DNA of 64,000 nucleotides from an uncultured Gammaproteobacteria bacterium (GTDB lineage: Bacteria > Pseudomonadota > Gammaproteobacteria > UBA9214): the NCBI GenBank assembly GCA_963827755.1, contig CAWHCQ010000007.1:11036-75035 (forward strand), given 5' to 3'. The translations under genes and the position numbers were made by a program. The first letter of the stretch is position 1; every line of letters begins with the position of its first letter. The notes beneath the pieces are model-generated. The model was given only the letters and a program-made list of their open reading frames with translations. It was not told where the DNA came from and searched no databases. This document shows positions 1 to 9,523 of the stretch, in pieces.

Positions 1-147
1 GGGACCGGAAGCAGTTCCGGACAGGGGAAACACCTGGGTAGCCGTTACAAGCTGACTGCCCTGGTGGCCGGCAGGGCAACAAGACCTAACTCCCGATAAA
101 TAAAGGGTTTATACTCTTACACATCAAGACTTCTGGAAGACCACATT

Positions 148-943
148 ATGGAACACATCAAGAAAGCACTGGAAAGCGCGCGGCAGGAACGCAAGATACG
201 CCAGGGAGACGCACAGGTCCCCGACACAGGATCAACCGGAACTGAAACCGGAAAAACAGGCGACAGGCAGACACAGTCGATTCCCGTGGAGCATGACGTC
301 CTGCGCGAGAACAGGATTGTGACAGGCATGGAACACGGTCCGTTCACGCACGCCTATAACCTGCTGCGCACCCAGATCCTGCAGCGCTTCAAGGAAAACA
401 ACTGGAATGTACTGGCCGTCACCAGCCCGGGAGAAGGCGAAGGCAAGACGCTGACGGCGATCAACCTTGCCATCAGTATTGCCCGTGAAGTCGACTACAC
501 CGTATTGCTGGTCGACGCGAATCTGCATCATCCCCGGATGCTCGAGCATTTCGGCCTGGAACCTCGTCAGGGCCTGAGCGAGCACCTGACGGATGACATT
601 CCCCTCCCGGAGCTGCTGATTCAATCAGACCAGGTAGAACACCTGGTCATCCTGCCCGGTGGCAGGACGCTGGCACAACTCGGCAGAAATGCTGAACTCG
701 CCCAAGATGAAACAACTGATCGAGGACATGAAGTCCCGTTACCACAGCCGCATCATCATCTTCGATCTCCCGCCGGTGCTTTCCTCCGCCGATGCGCTGG
801 CCTTCTCTCCCTATGTGGATGCGGCCTTGCTGGTAGTCGAGGAAGGCGTCACGCAGAAAGAGGATATCGAACGCGCCGTTGAGCTGCTGAGCACGACCAA
901 CATTGTCGGCACCGTCCTCAACAAGGCCGAAACCAGGAACTGA
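148..943 (+). CDS. CpsD/CapB-family tyrosine-protein kinase (EPS chain-length regulation), frameshifted near 670
   Basis: Walker A 'TSPGEGEGKT' and 'LLVDAN' in ORF 148-882; 'IIFDLPPVL...DA' and 'GTVLNK' in overlapping ORF 659-943; one indel joins them. Confidence 0.85.
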
Positions 944-957
944 TAGCTGCTGCAAGC

Positions 958-2613
958 ATGTACGAGTCCTTCTACCATCTTCGGGAAAAACCCTTCACGC
1001 TGCTGCCTGATCCCGGCTTCCTTTACCTGAGCGACAAGCACCGCATGGTGGCGTCGCTGCTTGAGTACAGCCTGGCGAACCAGGCGGGGTTTACCGTCAT
1101 CAGCGGTGAAATCGGCGCCGGGAAAACCACGCTCATTCGGCATATGCTGAATCAAATGGAGCGGGATCACACGGTCGGCCTGATCAGCACGACCCACCGC
1201 ACCTTTGGCGAACTGTTGCAGTGGATCCTGCTGGCCTTCAATCTCGAGCATGCCAACATGGGCAAGGTCGAGATGTACCAGCGTTTTGTCGATTTCATTA
1301 TTGATGAATATGCGCATAATCGCAGAGTCATATTGATCGTCGATGAAGCGCAGAACATGACGGCGGAGGTGCTGGAAGAGCTGCGCATGCTGTCGAACAT
1401 CAATGCAGACAAGGACCAGGCGCTGCAGGTCATCCTGGTCGGACAACGGGAATTGCGGGAAACCCTGCAGCGCCCGGAGCTGGCACAGTTTGCGCAACGC
1501 ATATCCGTCGACTTTCACCTGCAGCCGCTGTCGGAAGACGAGACAGTCGGCTACATCCGTCATCGCCTGCAGGTAGCCGGCGGTGACCCGGACATTTTTG
1601 AAGAGGACGCCTGCCGCGCAGTCTACCGTTACAGCAACGGTGTGCCACGCCTGATCAACGTGCTCTGTGACACCGCGCTGGTCTATGGTTATGCAGAGCA
1701 GTTACAGCGAATCGACACAAGGCTGGTCAGCGCCGTCGCCTATGAAAAACAGCAGGGCGGGATTTTTCCGATCTTCGAGCCTGCCGTGATAGAGACCGGG
1801 CCTGCGGATGTTGCCGCTGACAGTGCGGCTGCCAATCCGCAAGCCCCCAATGCACAGGCAGAAGAGCAGACGGACTTCAGTGAAGCCGCCTACCCTGAGC
1901 CCCCCGAAGCGCAGACAGAAGAGCGGACGGACTTCAGTGAAACCGCCTACCCTGAGCCCCCCGAAGCACAGGCAGAAGAGCAGACGGACTTCAGTGAAAC
2001 TGACTATCCGGAAGTCCCGGGGGCACAGAAGAGTGGGCAGCCGGACTTCCCGAACAAGGTGCCCGAAAATGAATTCATGACTGCTGAGGAACACGACCCG
2101 CCAGAAGACGCGGCTTCAGCTGATATATCGCTTGCTACCGATACTCTTCAAGCCAACCTGCCCGGCCCGGGCAGCCACAGCCATGCAGACCTCGAAGCGG
2201 CGCTGGCGCAGCCCTTGATGGAAGATGAGGTGCACCGCAAGGAAGATACCCAACCCAAAAAAAAAGTCAGCGTAGCGCTTTGTTCGGCACACGATGGATT
2301 TCGGGTTTACTTGACAAAATTGCTGGTAAGCCACGGCATTGATGTGGTCGTCTCGGCACCGCTTTACGAGGAAAACCTCGCTGCCATGGATCCGGATGAG
2401 TTCGATGTCCTTTTAATTGACCGGGATGAATATGCGACCACGCCATCGCCGGAACTCGGATATATTCTTGCCGGCTGGCGCGGGCCGCTGCTTTACAACG
2501 ACACGCAGGCGATGAAAACCGCCCTGCGGCAGGGGAACTACGCATTCGGTAAAGACCTGGCCGCACAGATAACAGCCCTTGCAGATGTCTCCGCTGCAAA
2601 AACCGGCACGTGA
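958..2613 (+). CDS. ExeA-like AAA ATPase with acidic repeat linker and C-terminal receiver-like domain
   Basis: 'MYESFYHLREKPFTLLPDPGFLY', Walker A GEIGAGKTT, Walker B LIVDEAQ, 'GVPRLINVLCD'. Confidence 0.85.
   Translation: MYESFYHLREKPFTLLPDPGFLYLSDKHRMVASLLEYSLANQAGFTVISGEIGAGKTTLIRHMLNQMERDHTVGLISTTHRTFGELLQWILLAFNLEHANMGKVEMYQRFVDFIIDEYAHNRRVILIVDEAQNMTAEVLEELRMLSNINADKDQALQVILVGQRELRETLQRPELAQFAQRISVDFHLQPLSEDETVGYIRHRLQVAGGDPDIFEEDACRAVYRYSNGVPRLINVLCDTALVYGYAEQLQRIDTRLVSAVAYEKQQGGIFPIFEPAVIETGPADVAADSAAANPQAPNAQAEEQTDFSEAAYPEPPEAQTEERTDFSETAYPEPPEAQAEEQTDFSETDYPEVPGAQKSGQPDFPNKVPENEFMTAEEHDPPEDAASADISLATDTLQANLPGPGSHSHADLEAALAQPLMEDEVHRKEDTQPKKKVSVALCSAHDGFRVYLTKLLVSHGIDVVVSAPLYEENLAAMDPDEFDVLLIDRDEYATTPSPELGYILAGWRGPLLYNDTQAMKTALRQGNYAFGKDLAAQITALADVSAAKTGT
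1852..2022 (+). repeat. In-frame 57-bp tandem repeat x3 (AQAEEQTDFSEAAYPEPPE), plus a degenerate fourth unit
   Basis: gaagagc[a/g]gacggacttcagtgaa recurs at 1861, 1918 and 1975. Confidence 0.95.
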
Positions 2614-2647
2614 GAACCAGGACCTTGCCGGCTCACCAGACAGGACC

Positions 2648-3646
2648 ATGACTAAACCCGTTATCCTGGTCGTCGGCGGTGCCGGCTATATCGGCTCGCA
2701 CATGGTGCTTGACCTGCTGCGCGCCGCTTACCCGGTGGTCACGCTGGACAACCTGTCGCGCGGGCACCGCGAACTGCTCCCCGGCGGTGATTTTATCGAG
2801 GGCGACCTGGGCAACGCGGCCGAGCTGGAAGCCGTCTTCAGGCAATACCCGGTCAAGGCCGTGATGCACTTTGCCGCACACTCGCAGGTCGGCGAGTCTG
2901 TTGAGCAACCGCTGGCGTATTACCGCAACAATGTTGCCAACACGATTACCCTGCTGGAGGCCATGCAGTCTGCCGGGGTCAGACATTTTATTTTCTCCTC
3001 GACCGCGGCCGTCTACGGCGAGCCGGTGAAGGTGCCCATCACCGAGGACCACCCCTGCGCGCCCACCAACCCCTACGGGGCAACCAAACTGGCGGTCGAG
3101 CGGCTGTTGCAGGATGTCAGCCAGGCCTCCGGGATGAGCTACAGCATTTTGCGCTACTTCAATGCCGCCGGCGCCGACCGTTCGGGCGATATCGGCGAAC
3201 GGCACCAGCCGGAGACCCACCTGATCCCGCTGGTCCTGCAGGTGGCGACCGGGGAGCGTGAAGCGATCCGTATTTTCGGGGAAGACTACCCGACACCCGA
3301 CGGCACCTGCCTGCGCGACTATGTCCATGTCTCCGATCTCACCCAGGCGCACCTGCTGGCGCTGGAGGCCTTGCTGAATGGCGGCGGCAACTCGACCTAT
3401 AACCTCGGAAACAACAGCGGCTACTCGGTCAAGCAGATTATCGAGACGGCACGCCAAATCACGGGGCACCCGATCCCGGCAGTCACCGTCGAGCGCCGCG
3501 AGGGCGACCCGGCCGTGTTGATTGCCGACTCCACCCGGATACGCGCAGCGCTGGGCTGGAAACCCCGGTACGAGCGTATCGAGGAGATCATCAGGACGGC
3601 GTGGGTATGGGAGCAGAAAGAGGCTTTGAGAACTGGTGAGAAGTGA
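2648..3646 (+). CDS. galE: UDP-glucose 4-epimerase
   Basis: GGAGYIGSH, 'VMHFAA', 'FSSTAAVYG', YGATK, 'LRYFNAAGA', 'DGTCLRDYVHV'; start placed at ATG 2648. Confidence 0.95.
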   Translation: MTKPVILVVGGAGYIGSHMVLDLLRAAYPVVTLDNLSRGHRELLPGGDFIEGDLGNAAELEAVFRQYPVKAVMHFAAHSQVGESVEQPLAYYRNNVANTITLLEAMQSAGVRHFIFSSTAAVYGEPVKVPITEDHPCAPTNPYGATKLAVERLLQDVSQASGMSYSILRYFNAAGADRSGDIGERHQPETHLIPLVLQVATGEREAIRIFGEDYPTPDGTCLRDYVHVSDLTQAHLLALEALLNGGGNSTYNLGNNSGYSVKQIIETARQITGHPIPAVTVERREGDPAVLIADSTRIRAALGWKPRYERIEEIIRTAWVWEQKEALRTGEK

Positions 3647-3790
3647 GAAGTGAGAAGTGAAAGTGAAAGTGAGAAGTGAGAAGTGGAAAAGGCAAGACCT
3701 TGATGGCCACGGAATCCACGGAAGAACACGAAAAGATTAATACCTTAAGGTATTAATTTTTCCGTGTTCTTCCGTGGATTCCGTGGCTAT
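3636..3790. repeat. Composite repeat copy 1: (GTGAGAA/GTGAAA)n tract followed by an 88-bp palindrome
   Basis: Tandem units 3636-3685; atggccacggaatccacggaagaacacg...cgtgttcttccgtggattccgtggctat at 3703-3790, centred on cttaag. Confidence 0.9.
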
Positions 3791-3833
3791 TAATATTTTA
3801 TCTTTTACACAACTAATAAATTTCGGAAACTGC

Positions 3834-4238
3834 ATGCAAACACCCACCCTGCGTTACCTCTCCCTGCTGCTGGCGTTAGGCTGGGCAGCCGTCATCTACC
3901 ACCTTTCCAGTCAGCCGGGGACGGATGTGCCGCCGTTGTTCTTCGGGCAGGACAAACTGTTTCATGTCATTGCATTTGGAATACTCGGTTTTCTTGGCAT
4001 GGGGTCTGCCAGGGCCGGTACGCAAGGATACAAATCCAGGCAGGTGTGGCTCGCTATCACCGTGGTGACACTCTACGGTGTGCTGGATGAATTCCACCAG
4101 CATTTTGTCCCCGGGCGGGTGGCGGATGTTTATGATGTCATTGCAGATATGGTTGGCGGCATGCTCGGCGCCTGGGTGATGTTCTTGCTGGTGTCAAAAG
4201 TCGTGAGAAGTGAAAGTGAAGTGAAAAGTGAAAAGTGA
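3834..4238 (+). CDS. VanZ-family membrane protein
   Basis: 'QDKLFHVIAFGILG' and 'YGVLDEFHQHFVPGRVADVYDVIAD' motifs; start at ATG 3834. Confidence 0.9.
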   Translation: MQTPTLRYLSLLLALGWAAVIYHLSSQPGTDVPPLFFGQDKLFHVIAFGILGFLGMGSARAGTQGYKSRQVWLAITVVTLYGVLDEFHQHFVPGRVADVYDVIADMVGGMLGAWVMFLLVSKVVRSESEVKSEK

Positions 4239-4431
4239 AAAGTGAAAAGTGAAAGGTAAAACCTTTATGGCCACGGAATCCACGGAAGAACACGGAAAAA
4301 TTAAAAACAGGACATTACCGGAACGATATAAATAATCAACGCAACGTGCCTGGCAATGATCACTACGCCTTAAAGCTATTTGATATTTCAGGTTTTATAT
4401 TTTCGTGTTCTTCCGTGGATTCCGTGGCCAT
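4203..4431. repeat. Composite repeat copy 2: (GTGAAAA)n tract followed by the same inverted arms with a ~100-bp spacer
   Basis: Tandem units 4203-4254; arms at about 4267-4300 and 4400-4431 match copy 1. Confidence 0.9.
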
Positions 4432-4450
4432 TAAAAAGCCTTGTCGCCCC

Positions 4451-5263
4451 CTACAAATATCGCGACCAGTCGTGACGGTCATCGCCAAACACCAGGAAGA
4501 ACGGGTTCAGCAGGGAATCTTTCGTGTTGTAGCGCAGCGGCTGCATATCCGTATCCGTCACGTAACCACCGGCCTGTTCGACCACGCATTGCGCGGCGGC
4601 GGTGTCCCACTCGGACGTCGGCCCGAGCCTTGGATAGATATCCGCAACGCCTTCCGCCACCAGGCAGAGTTTCAGTGAACTGCCCATTCCTGTCATTTCG
4701 TGCGCCCCAAGCTGGTCGAGGAAGCGGTTCAATGACTCGCCCCGGTGCGAGCGACTGCCGACAACCATGACGGGGCCCGCGCCAAGCGTGCGCACGTGTA
4801 TGGCAACCGGTGTTTTACCAGCCTCCTGTTTCATGGCGCCTCGACCGCGACAGGCAAGATAACTGACGCCGCTGACCGGCACATGCACCACGCCAAGCAC
4901 CGGAACACCCTGCTCGATCAGCGCGATATTGACCGTAAATTCGCCATTGCGTTTGACAAATTCCCGCGTCCCGTCCAGCGGGTCAACCAGCCAGTAGCGT
5001 GTCCACGCCGAGCGTTTCGTATATGGCAGGCTGGCGGACTCCTCCGAGAGTACGGGTATGTCCGGCGTCAGCCTGGCCAGCCCGTCGACGATGGCATGGT
5101 GGGCCGCCATGTCGGCTGCCGTGAGCGGGGAGTTATCGGCCTTCTGCTCGACAGCAAACTCGCTGTTGTATATCTCGAGGATCTTCTCGCCGGCGTGCCG
5201 CGCCAGTTCAGCCACCGGTTCGAGGAGACTGCCAATATCCAGACCTTCGTTCTTGTTATCCAT
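4451..5263 (-). CDS. cysQ: 3'(2'),5'-bisphosphate nucleotidase
   Basis: 'SPLTAAD', 'WLVDPLDGTREF', 'GSSLKLCLVAEG.ADIYPRLGPTSEWDTAAA'. Confidence 0.95.
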   Translation of the reverse strand: MDNKNEGLDIGSLLEPVAELARHAGEKILEIYNSEFAVEQKADNSPLTAADMAAHHAIVDGLARLTPDIPVLSEESASLPYTKRSAWTRYWLVDPLDGTREFVKRNGEFTVNIALIEQGVPVLGVVHVPVSGVSYLACRGRGAMKQEAGKTPVAIHVRTLGAGPVMVVGSRSHRGESLNRFLDQLGAHEMTGMGSSLKLCLVAEGVADIYPRLGPTSEWDTAAAQCVVEQAGGYVTDTDMQPLRYNTKDSLLNPFFLVFGDDRHDWSRYL

Positions 5264-5440
5264 CAGCTTCCCTTTACTGAAATAAAAGATACCGGCCATC
5301 TGCCGGTAATATGCATGTGAAGTATACCCCCAGGCATGAATCCATCAATATTCCATGGATTTATGTTCCGCCACTGCAGAGCTGCATCCCGTATATGATC
5401 TGCTACCATAGCAACCTCAAAAGCACCGATACGGCAGACC

Positions 5441-6097
5441 ATGGTTCCCTGGCACGAAATCAACAGTGTATTCCTCGACATGGACGGCACCCTGCTCGAC
5501 CTGCACTTTGATAATCATTTCTGGCGCGAGCATGTGCCGGTACGCTATGCCGAGCAGAATAATATTTCCCTCGAGGAAGCAAAGTCGTACCTGTACGACC
5601 GCTTTAAACTGAAGGAAGGCACCATGGACTGGTACTGCGTGGAATACTGGAGCGGGGAGCTCGATCTTGACATTACCGCACTCAAACATGAAATCGATCA
5701 CCTCATTGCGGTGCATAACCATGTCACCGAGTTTCTGCAGCGCACCCGCGATGCCGGCAAGCGCGTGGTGCTGGTAACCAACGCCCACGCCAGGAGTCTC
5801 GACCTGAAAATGCGTGTGACCGGTCTCGCCAATGCCTTCGATGCGCTGATTTGCGCCCACGATATCGGTTACCCGAAAGAAGACCAGCGGTTCTGGTCAT
5901 TGCTCGGGGAATACGAGCCCTTTGAACCTGAAAATACGCTGTTCATCGATGACAGCGTGGCGGTACTCCGCGCCGCGCGTGAATTCGGCATCGGTCACAT
6001 CCTCGGAGTACGCAAGCCCGACAGCAAGTCGCCGTCGCGCGATATCGACGAATTCAAGTGTATTGACGGGTTTGATGCGATCATGCCGGGGGGGTGA
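5441..6097 (+). CDS. yrfG: GMP/IMP nucleotidase (HAD)
   Basis: 'LDMDGTLLDLHFDNHFW', 'LVTNAH', 'TLFIDDS'. Confidence 0.9.
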   Translation: MVPWHEINSVFLDMDGTLLDLHFDNHFWREHVPVRYAEQNNISLEEAKSYLYDRFKLKEGTMDWYCVEYWSGELDLDITALKHEIDHLIAVHNHVTEFLQRTRDAGKRVVLVTNAHARSLDLKMRVTGLANAFDALICAHDIGYPKEDQRFWSLLGEYEPFEPENTLFIDDSVAVLRAAREFGIGHILGVRKPDSKSPSRDIDEFKCIDGFDAIMPGG

Positions 6098-6117
6098 TTT
6101 TTTGCCAGTGGCAGGGG

Positions 6118-6188
6118 CTGGGAGCGCTGCGCAAGGGCGATTATGTAGGATGCATACAGGGCGATCGCGGATTAGATCCGCTCCTACA
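6118..6188. repeat. GTAGGAGC-type REP doublet (one arm degenerate) between convergent genes
   Basis: atcgcggattagatccgctcctaca at 6164-6188 matches copies at 46845, 50949 and ~60200. Confidence 0.7.
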
Positions 6189-6200
6189 AGGGGGCTATGT

Positions 6201-6644
6201 TCAATCGGCCGGTTTTTCTATCCGCTCGTCGCGGGTTGCCGCGAAGCGGTCCCAGGTCTTGAAGCGTTTACGGACATATTTGTGCAGCGCATCATAGCCG
6301 TCGAAGAACAGCTCGAAACCCTCGGATGAGTCTTCATCAAATTCGCAATAGTCGTTGGTGTACTCGCGGCAGATCTTCGGACGGTCGTCGTAGATGCCGC
6401 AGCGGCCATCTTGCAGGAGATGGTTGCAGGGATTGTTGATCAGCAGGTACCAGCCGTCCTCGTCCTTGTAGGCCTGCACATCCCGGTGCGACAACTGCCA
6501 GAGCATATGATCGAAGTCTTCCATCGCACGCGGCGTGACGAGTTCTTCGGTAATGTAGGTGCAGCACTTGGAATTCGTGCAGAAGCCGCACTTGTTCTCG
6601 GAAGTGATCTTTACGCCGACAGGGATATTTTTAACGATGCTCAT
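6201..6644 (-). CDS. YkgJ-family cysteine-cluster protein
   Basis: CGFC...CC; 'CNHL...GRCGIYDDRPKICREY'. Confidence 0.85.
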   Translation of the reverse strand: MSIVKNIPVGVKITSENKCGFCTNSKCCTYITEELVTPRAMEDFDHMLWQLSHRDVQAYKDEDGWYLLINNPCNHLLQDGRCGIYDDRPKICREYTNDYCEFDEDSSEGFELFFDGYDALHKYVRKRFKTWDRFAATRDERIEKPAD

Positions 6645-6725
6645 GATATTTTACTTCTGGTATTCAATAATTTCGCAGCCTAACACGACAAATGCACGGC
6701 TTGCTATCGGCATTCGACCTCCGCG

Positions 6726-8264
6726 CTATTCGGTAGAAAACTCGAAGCGGTCGAAAACAGGGCCATTGAAAACCAGGCGTCCGGCGCGGATATTGAGCTG
6801 CTTGTCGGCAACATCGATCGAAAGCCGGCGGCCCTCTTCATAAACACCCTTGGCGGCGATCAGGGTTGCCGCACCCTGCTCGTCATCCTCCGAGGTCACG
6901 AACAGGGCTGCAGATCCCCTGGCTGCCGGCTCACCGGGAAAATAACAATTCACCGCGCCCACCCCACCCTTGACCAGCATGACCCCGGCATCCAGGGCGC
7001 CCTGCCGGAACACGTGCACGGACCTTAAAATGGCCAGAGTCAAATATTCCTGCCCGGGCTGACCCTCGACGATGGCAATCAGGTCACCGACGCGAGCATC
7101 ACTGTCATCGCTGTTCACCCAGGACAGGCGCATGCCATTTTCACTGCTATCGAGAATCTGGCACTGGCAAGGCTTGATCAGTTTTGGTTTGCCGCCCCGG
7201 GCCGCCTCGGCGAGTACGGCCTTCATCGAGGGCCGCACCAGGAAATCGTGAATACCGCGTATTCCGCGCAGCATCTGTACCCAGCGGGTAGCGGCCTTTC
7301 GATCCTCTCCACGCTGCTTCATTTTCTGATCCTCGGGCGCCAGCTGGCGCAACAACGTCGCCTCGGGGCTTAACATGCGGACCTTCTCCGGAATCCGCTG
7401 CAGTTGTATGCGCACTGATTCCAGTAATTCACTCACATCGAGAATATAGGGTTCTTTTACAACGGCTGATGACGTGATGTCGTCGCAGCTCACCGGCATC
7501 TTGTCGCTGCCCAGGTCCACCTGGTAGCGCCCGTCACCCTCACCCGGCTGGCATTTACCGGGGATCACCCGGCAACGATCCGCGTGCTGTGACAACACCT
7601 CAAACAACAGGCCGATTTCGCCTTCAGCCAGCCTGAAGGGATCCACCAGCGCAGCAAGCATGCCGGTATGATACACGGCGGCAATTGTCGCAGGATGGAC
7701 CTCGCCGTCATCCTCGAACCTGACATTCAACAGGCCGTGGTAACGCGAAAGCCGGTAGAGCTGGTGCAGCTCCGAGTAGTAGCAAGGCTGGGTGGCGCGA
7801 TAAAAGCGGAAACAATCCAGCAGTGTATAGACCAGGGTTTGAATGGTGCGATTGACGGCCAGGCCAAAGAGCTTGTCGACTTGCCCGGGGGCCTGGCCTT
7901 TATGCAGGGTCATAATGATTAATTTATAACCACCGGCGAGACTCAGCAGCAAGCGTTCAACGCCTTCGATTACCTGCTCGCGCTGTGCTTTAGAGAGAGA
8001 CAACTGGCGCAGATGCAGGGGATCAACCGTGACAAACAAGCGCTGCACCGTGACTTGAAATGCCTCCAGTGAATCGAAGCGCGACTGCGTATCCATCTTT
8101 TGCTCGTTCAGGGCATCCAGCGCATTGAGCACCAGGCGGACGGTCTCGACGACGTCCATCAGTGGCAGACCGGTGAGCCAGTCACGCAGGTGCCTGACGT
8201 TCCGCTCGACTGTCGGATCGGTAAAATCGTGCTGTTCGGGAATAGCGAGTATCAGGGGTTCCAT
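6726..8264 (-). CDS. Helical protein with C-terminal PilZ-like motifs (FimW-like c-di-GMP receptor)
   Basis: 'WLTGLP' N-terminus; RGEDR (RxxxR) and DSSENG (DxSxxG); family assigned by resemblance only. Confidence 0.6.
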   Translation of the reverse strand: MEPLILAIPEQHDFTDPTVERNVRHLRDWLTGLPLMDVVETVRLVLNALDALNEQKMDTQSRFDSLEAFQVTVQRLFVTVDPLHLRQLSLSKAQREQVIEGVERLLLSLAGGYKLIIMTLHKGQAPGQVDKLFGLAVNRTIQTLVYTLLDCFRFYRATQPCYYSELHQLYRLSRYHGLLNVRFEDDGEVHPATIAAVYHTGMLAALVDPFRLAEGEIGLLFEVLSQHADRCRVIPGKCQPGEGDGRYQVDLGSDKMPVSCDDITSSAVVKEPYILDVSELLESVRIQLQRIPEKVRMLSPEATLLRQLAPEDQKMKQRGEDRKAATRWVQMLRGIRGIHDFLVRPSMKAVLAEAARGGKPKLIKPCQCQILDSSENGMRLSWVNSDDSDARVGDLIAIVEGQPGQEYLTLAILRSVHVFRQGALDAGVMLVKGGVGAVNCYFPGEPAARGSAALFVTSEDDEQGAATLIAAKGVYEEGRRLSIDVADKQLNIRAGRLVFNGPVFDRFEFSTE

Positions 8265-8288
8265 GCTAGCGTGACCCTTTCCAGGCTG

Positions 8289-9035
8289 TTACCACTGGCC
8301 TGTGCTGCGCAACAGGTACTTGCCGCCAGCCTGAACAGTTGTGGTATTTTCCAGCAACAACACCGTGTCCTCGCTGACAGCGGCATTCGGCGTGAGTAAC
8401 AGATCAATCCTGTATTTACCCCCGGGTGCCATTGCGACTTCCCCGGCAATCCGGAAGTCACCCGCATTTTCGACAAGTCCGACAAGCTCGCTCCCGACAC
8501 GCTGCAGATCCATTACCGTGTCGCCGAACACCATCTCGACCGGCGAGAGGATGGCCGCGCTCTTCCAGACCGCCTTGCCGTCAAGCTCGGGAGGAAAAGC
8601 ATCATTCATTTTAACTGTTTCGACCAGCAGGTTTATTTCTCCACTGGCCCTCACGGCCACCGGTGAATACTGATTGATGAGAGCGTCTGCCTGCAGGTGA
8701 AGGTCAATATCACGGCCATAGGCATTGCCGGCAAATGTTATGCCGACATCGGCCCGGCCGGGCCCGTCGGGTGACGAAAACTCAAGCTGATAGCCAACCC
8801 GCCCGGTGAGCAGGGCCAGCGGCAGAAAGCGCCAGTGCACCGCACCCAGGGCCGTGTCCTGGTAACTGACACGACCCGCCTGGCCGTTAAAAACAGACCC
8901 GGACACCGCGGACAGCGACAGACCCGGAACCTGTTTCTCGATAAAACCCTCGACATGAACGGCAGGCAAGGTAAAAACAACGATCAGGAAATAGGCAGCA
9001 ACACCGACGGCAATGTAGAAACCGGCAGGCTTCAC
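8289..9035 (-). CDS. gspN: Type II secretion protein N
   Basis: N-terminal TM helix + 'TLPA', 'VSGSVFNGQA', 'LGAVHWRF'; operon position. Confidence 0.85.
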   Translation of the reverse strand: MKPAGFYIAVGVAAYFLIVVFTLPAVHVEGFIEKQVPGLSLSAVSGSVFNGQAGRVSYQDTALGAVHWRFLPLALLTGRVGYQLEFSSPDGPGRADVGITFAGNAYGRDIDLHLQADALINQYSPVAVRASGEINLLVETVKMNDAFPPELDGKAVWKSAAILSPVEMVFGDTVMDLQRVGSELVGLVENAGDFRIAGEVAMAPGGKYRIDLLLTPNAAVSEDTVLLLENTTTVQAGGKYLLRSTGQW

Positions 9036-9523
9036 GGTTGCATGGCCTGCAATGTCAGGCGGACGTTCACCTGGCCTGCCGCATCACCCCTTTCCATGCT
9101 GACACTTTCCGGGTTGATGCCGTGATTGTTACCCAGCAGGGCCAGCCAGCTGACGAATTGATCAAACGATGCGCCCTCGAGCCAGACGCGCACACCGTCG
9201 CTGCCCTCCGGCTCAATGCGTTTCAGGGATTCAGCCAGGCCCCCGGCACGCGCCGTGCTGTCTGTGACTGCCAGCAACGAGCGATTGCCCAGGCCCCGGC
9301 CGGTCGCCGGGTTTGCACCTTTCAACTGCGCCACCCTGGCTGCGCTCTCCTGCATCCAGCTTGCCGTGGCACGCTGCTCGGCGATCGTGCGCTTGATCCG
9401 GTCGTAGCCGGAATGCGCCGGCTGCCACAGCAGCGCGTAAAACAGCAGCACGGCCAGGACGATCACGGCTGACAGCACCAGCATGCGTTCACGCGGCTCC
9501 AGCCCTGCAAACCACTGTTTCAT
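9032..9523 (-). CDS. gspM: Type II secretion protein M
   Basis: 'WFAGLEPRER' + TM helix; 'VRVWLEGASFDQFVSWL'. Confidence 0.9.
   Translation of the reverse strand: MKQWFAGLEPRERMLVLSAVIVLAVLLFYALLWQPAHSGYDRIKRTIAEQRATASWMQESAARVAQLKGANPATGRGLGNRSLLAVTDSTARAGGLAESLKRIEPEGSDGVRVWLEGASFDQFVSWLALLGNNHGINPESVSMERGDAAGQVNVRLTLQAMQP

Noticed and set aside
3636-4431. Possible CRISPR array
   Set aside because: Only two composite copies with inverted arms; no regular repeat-spacer period and no cas genes
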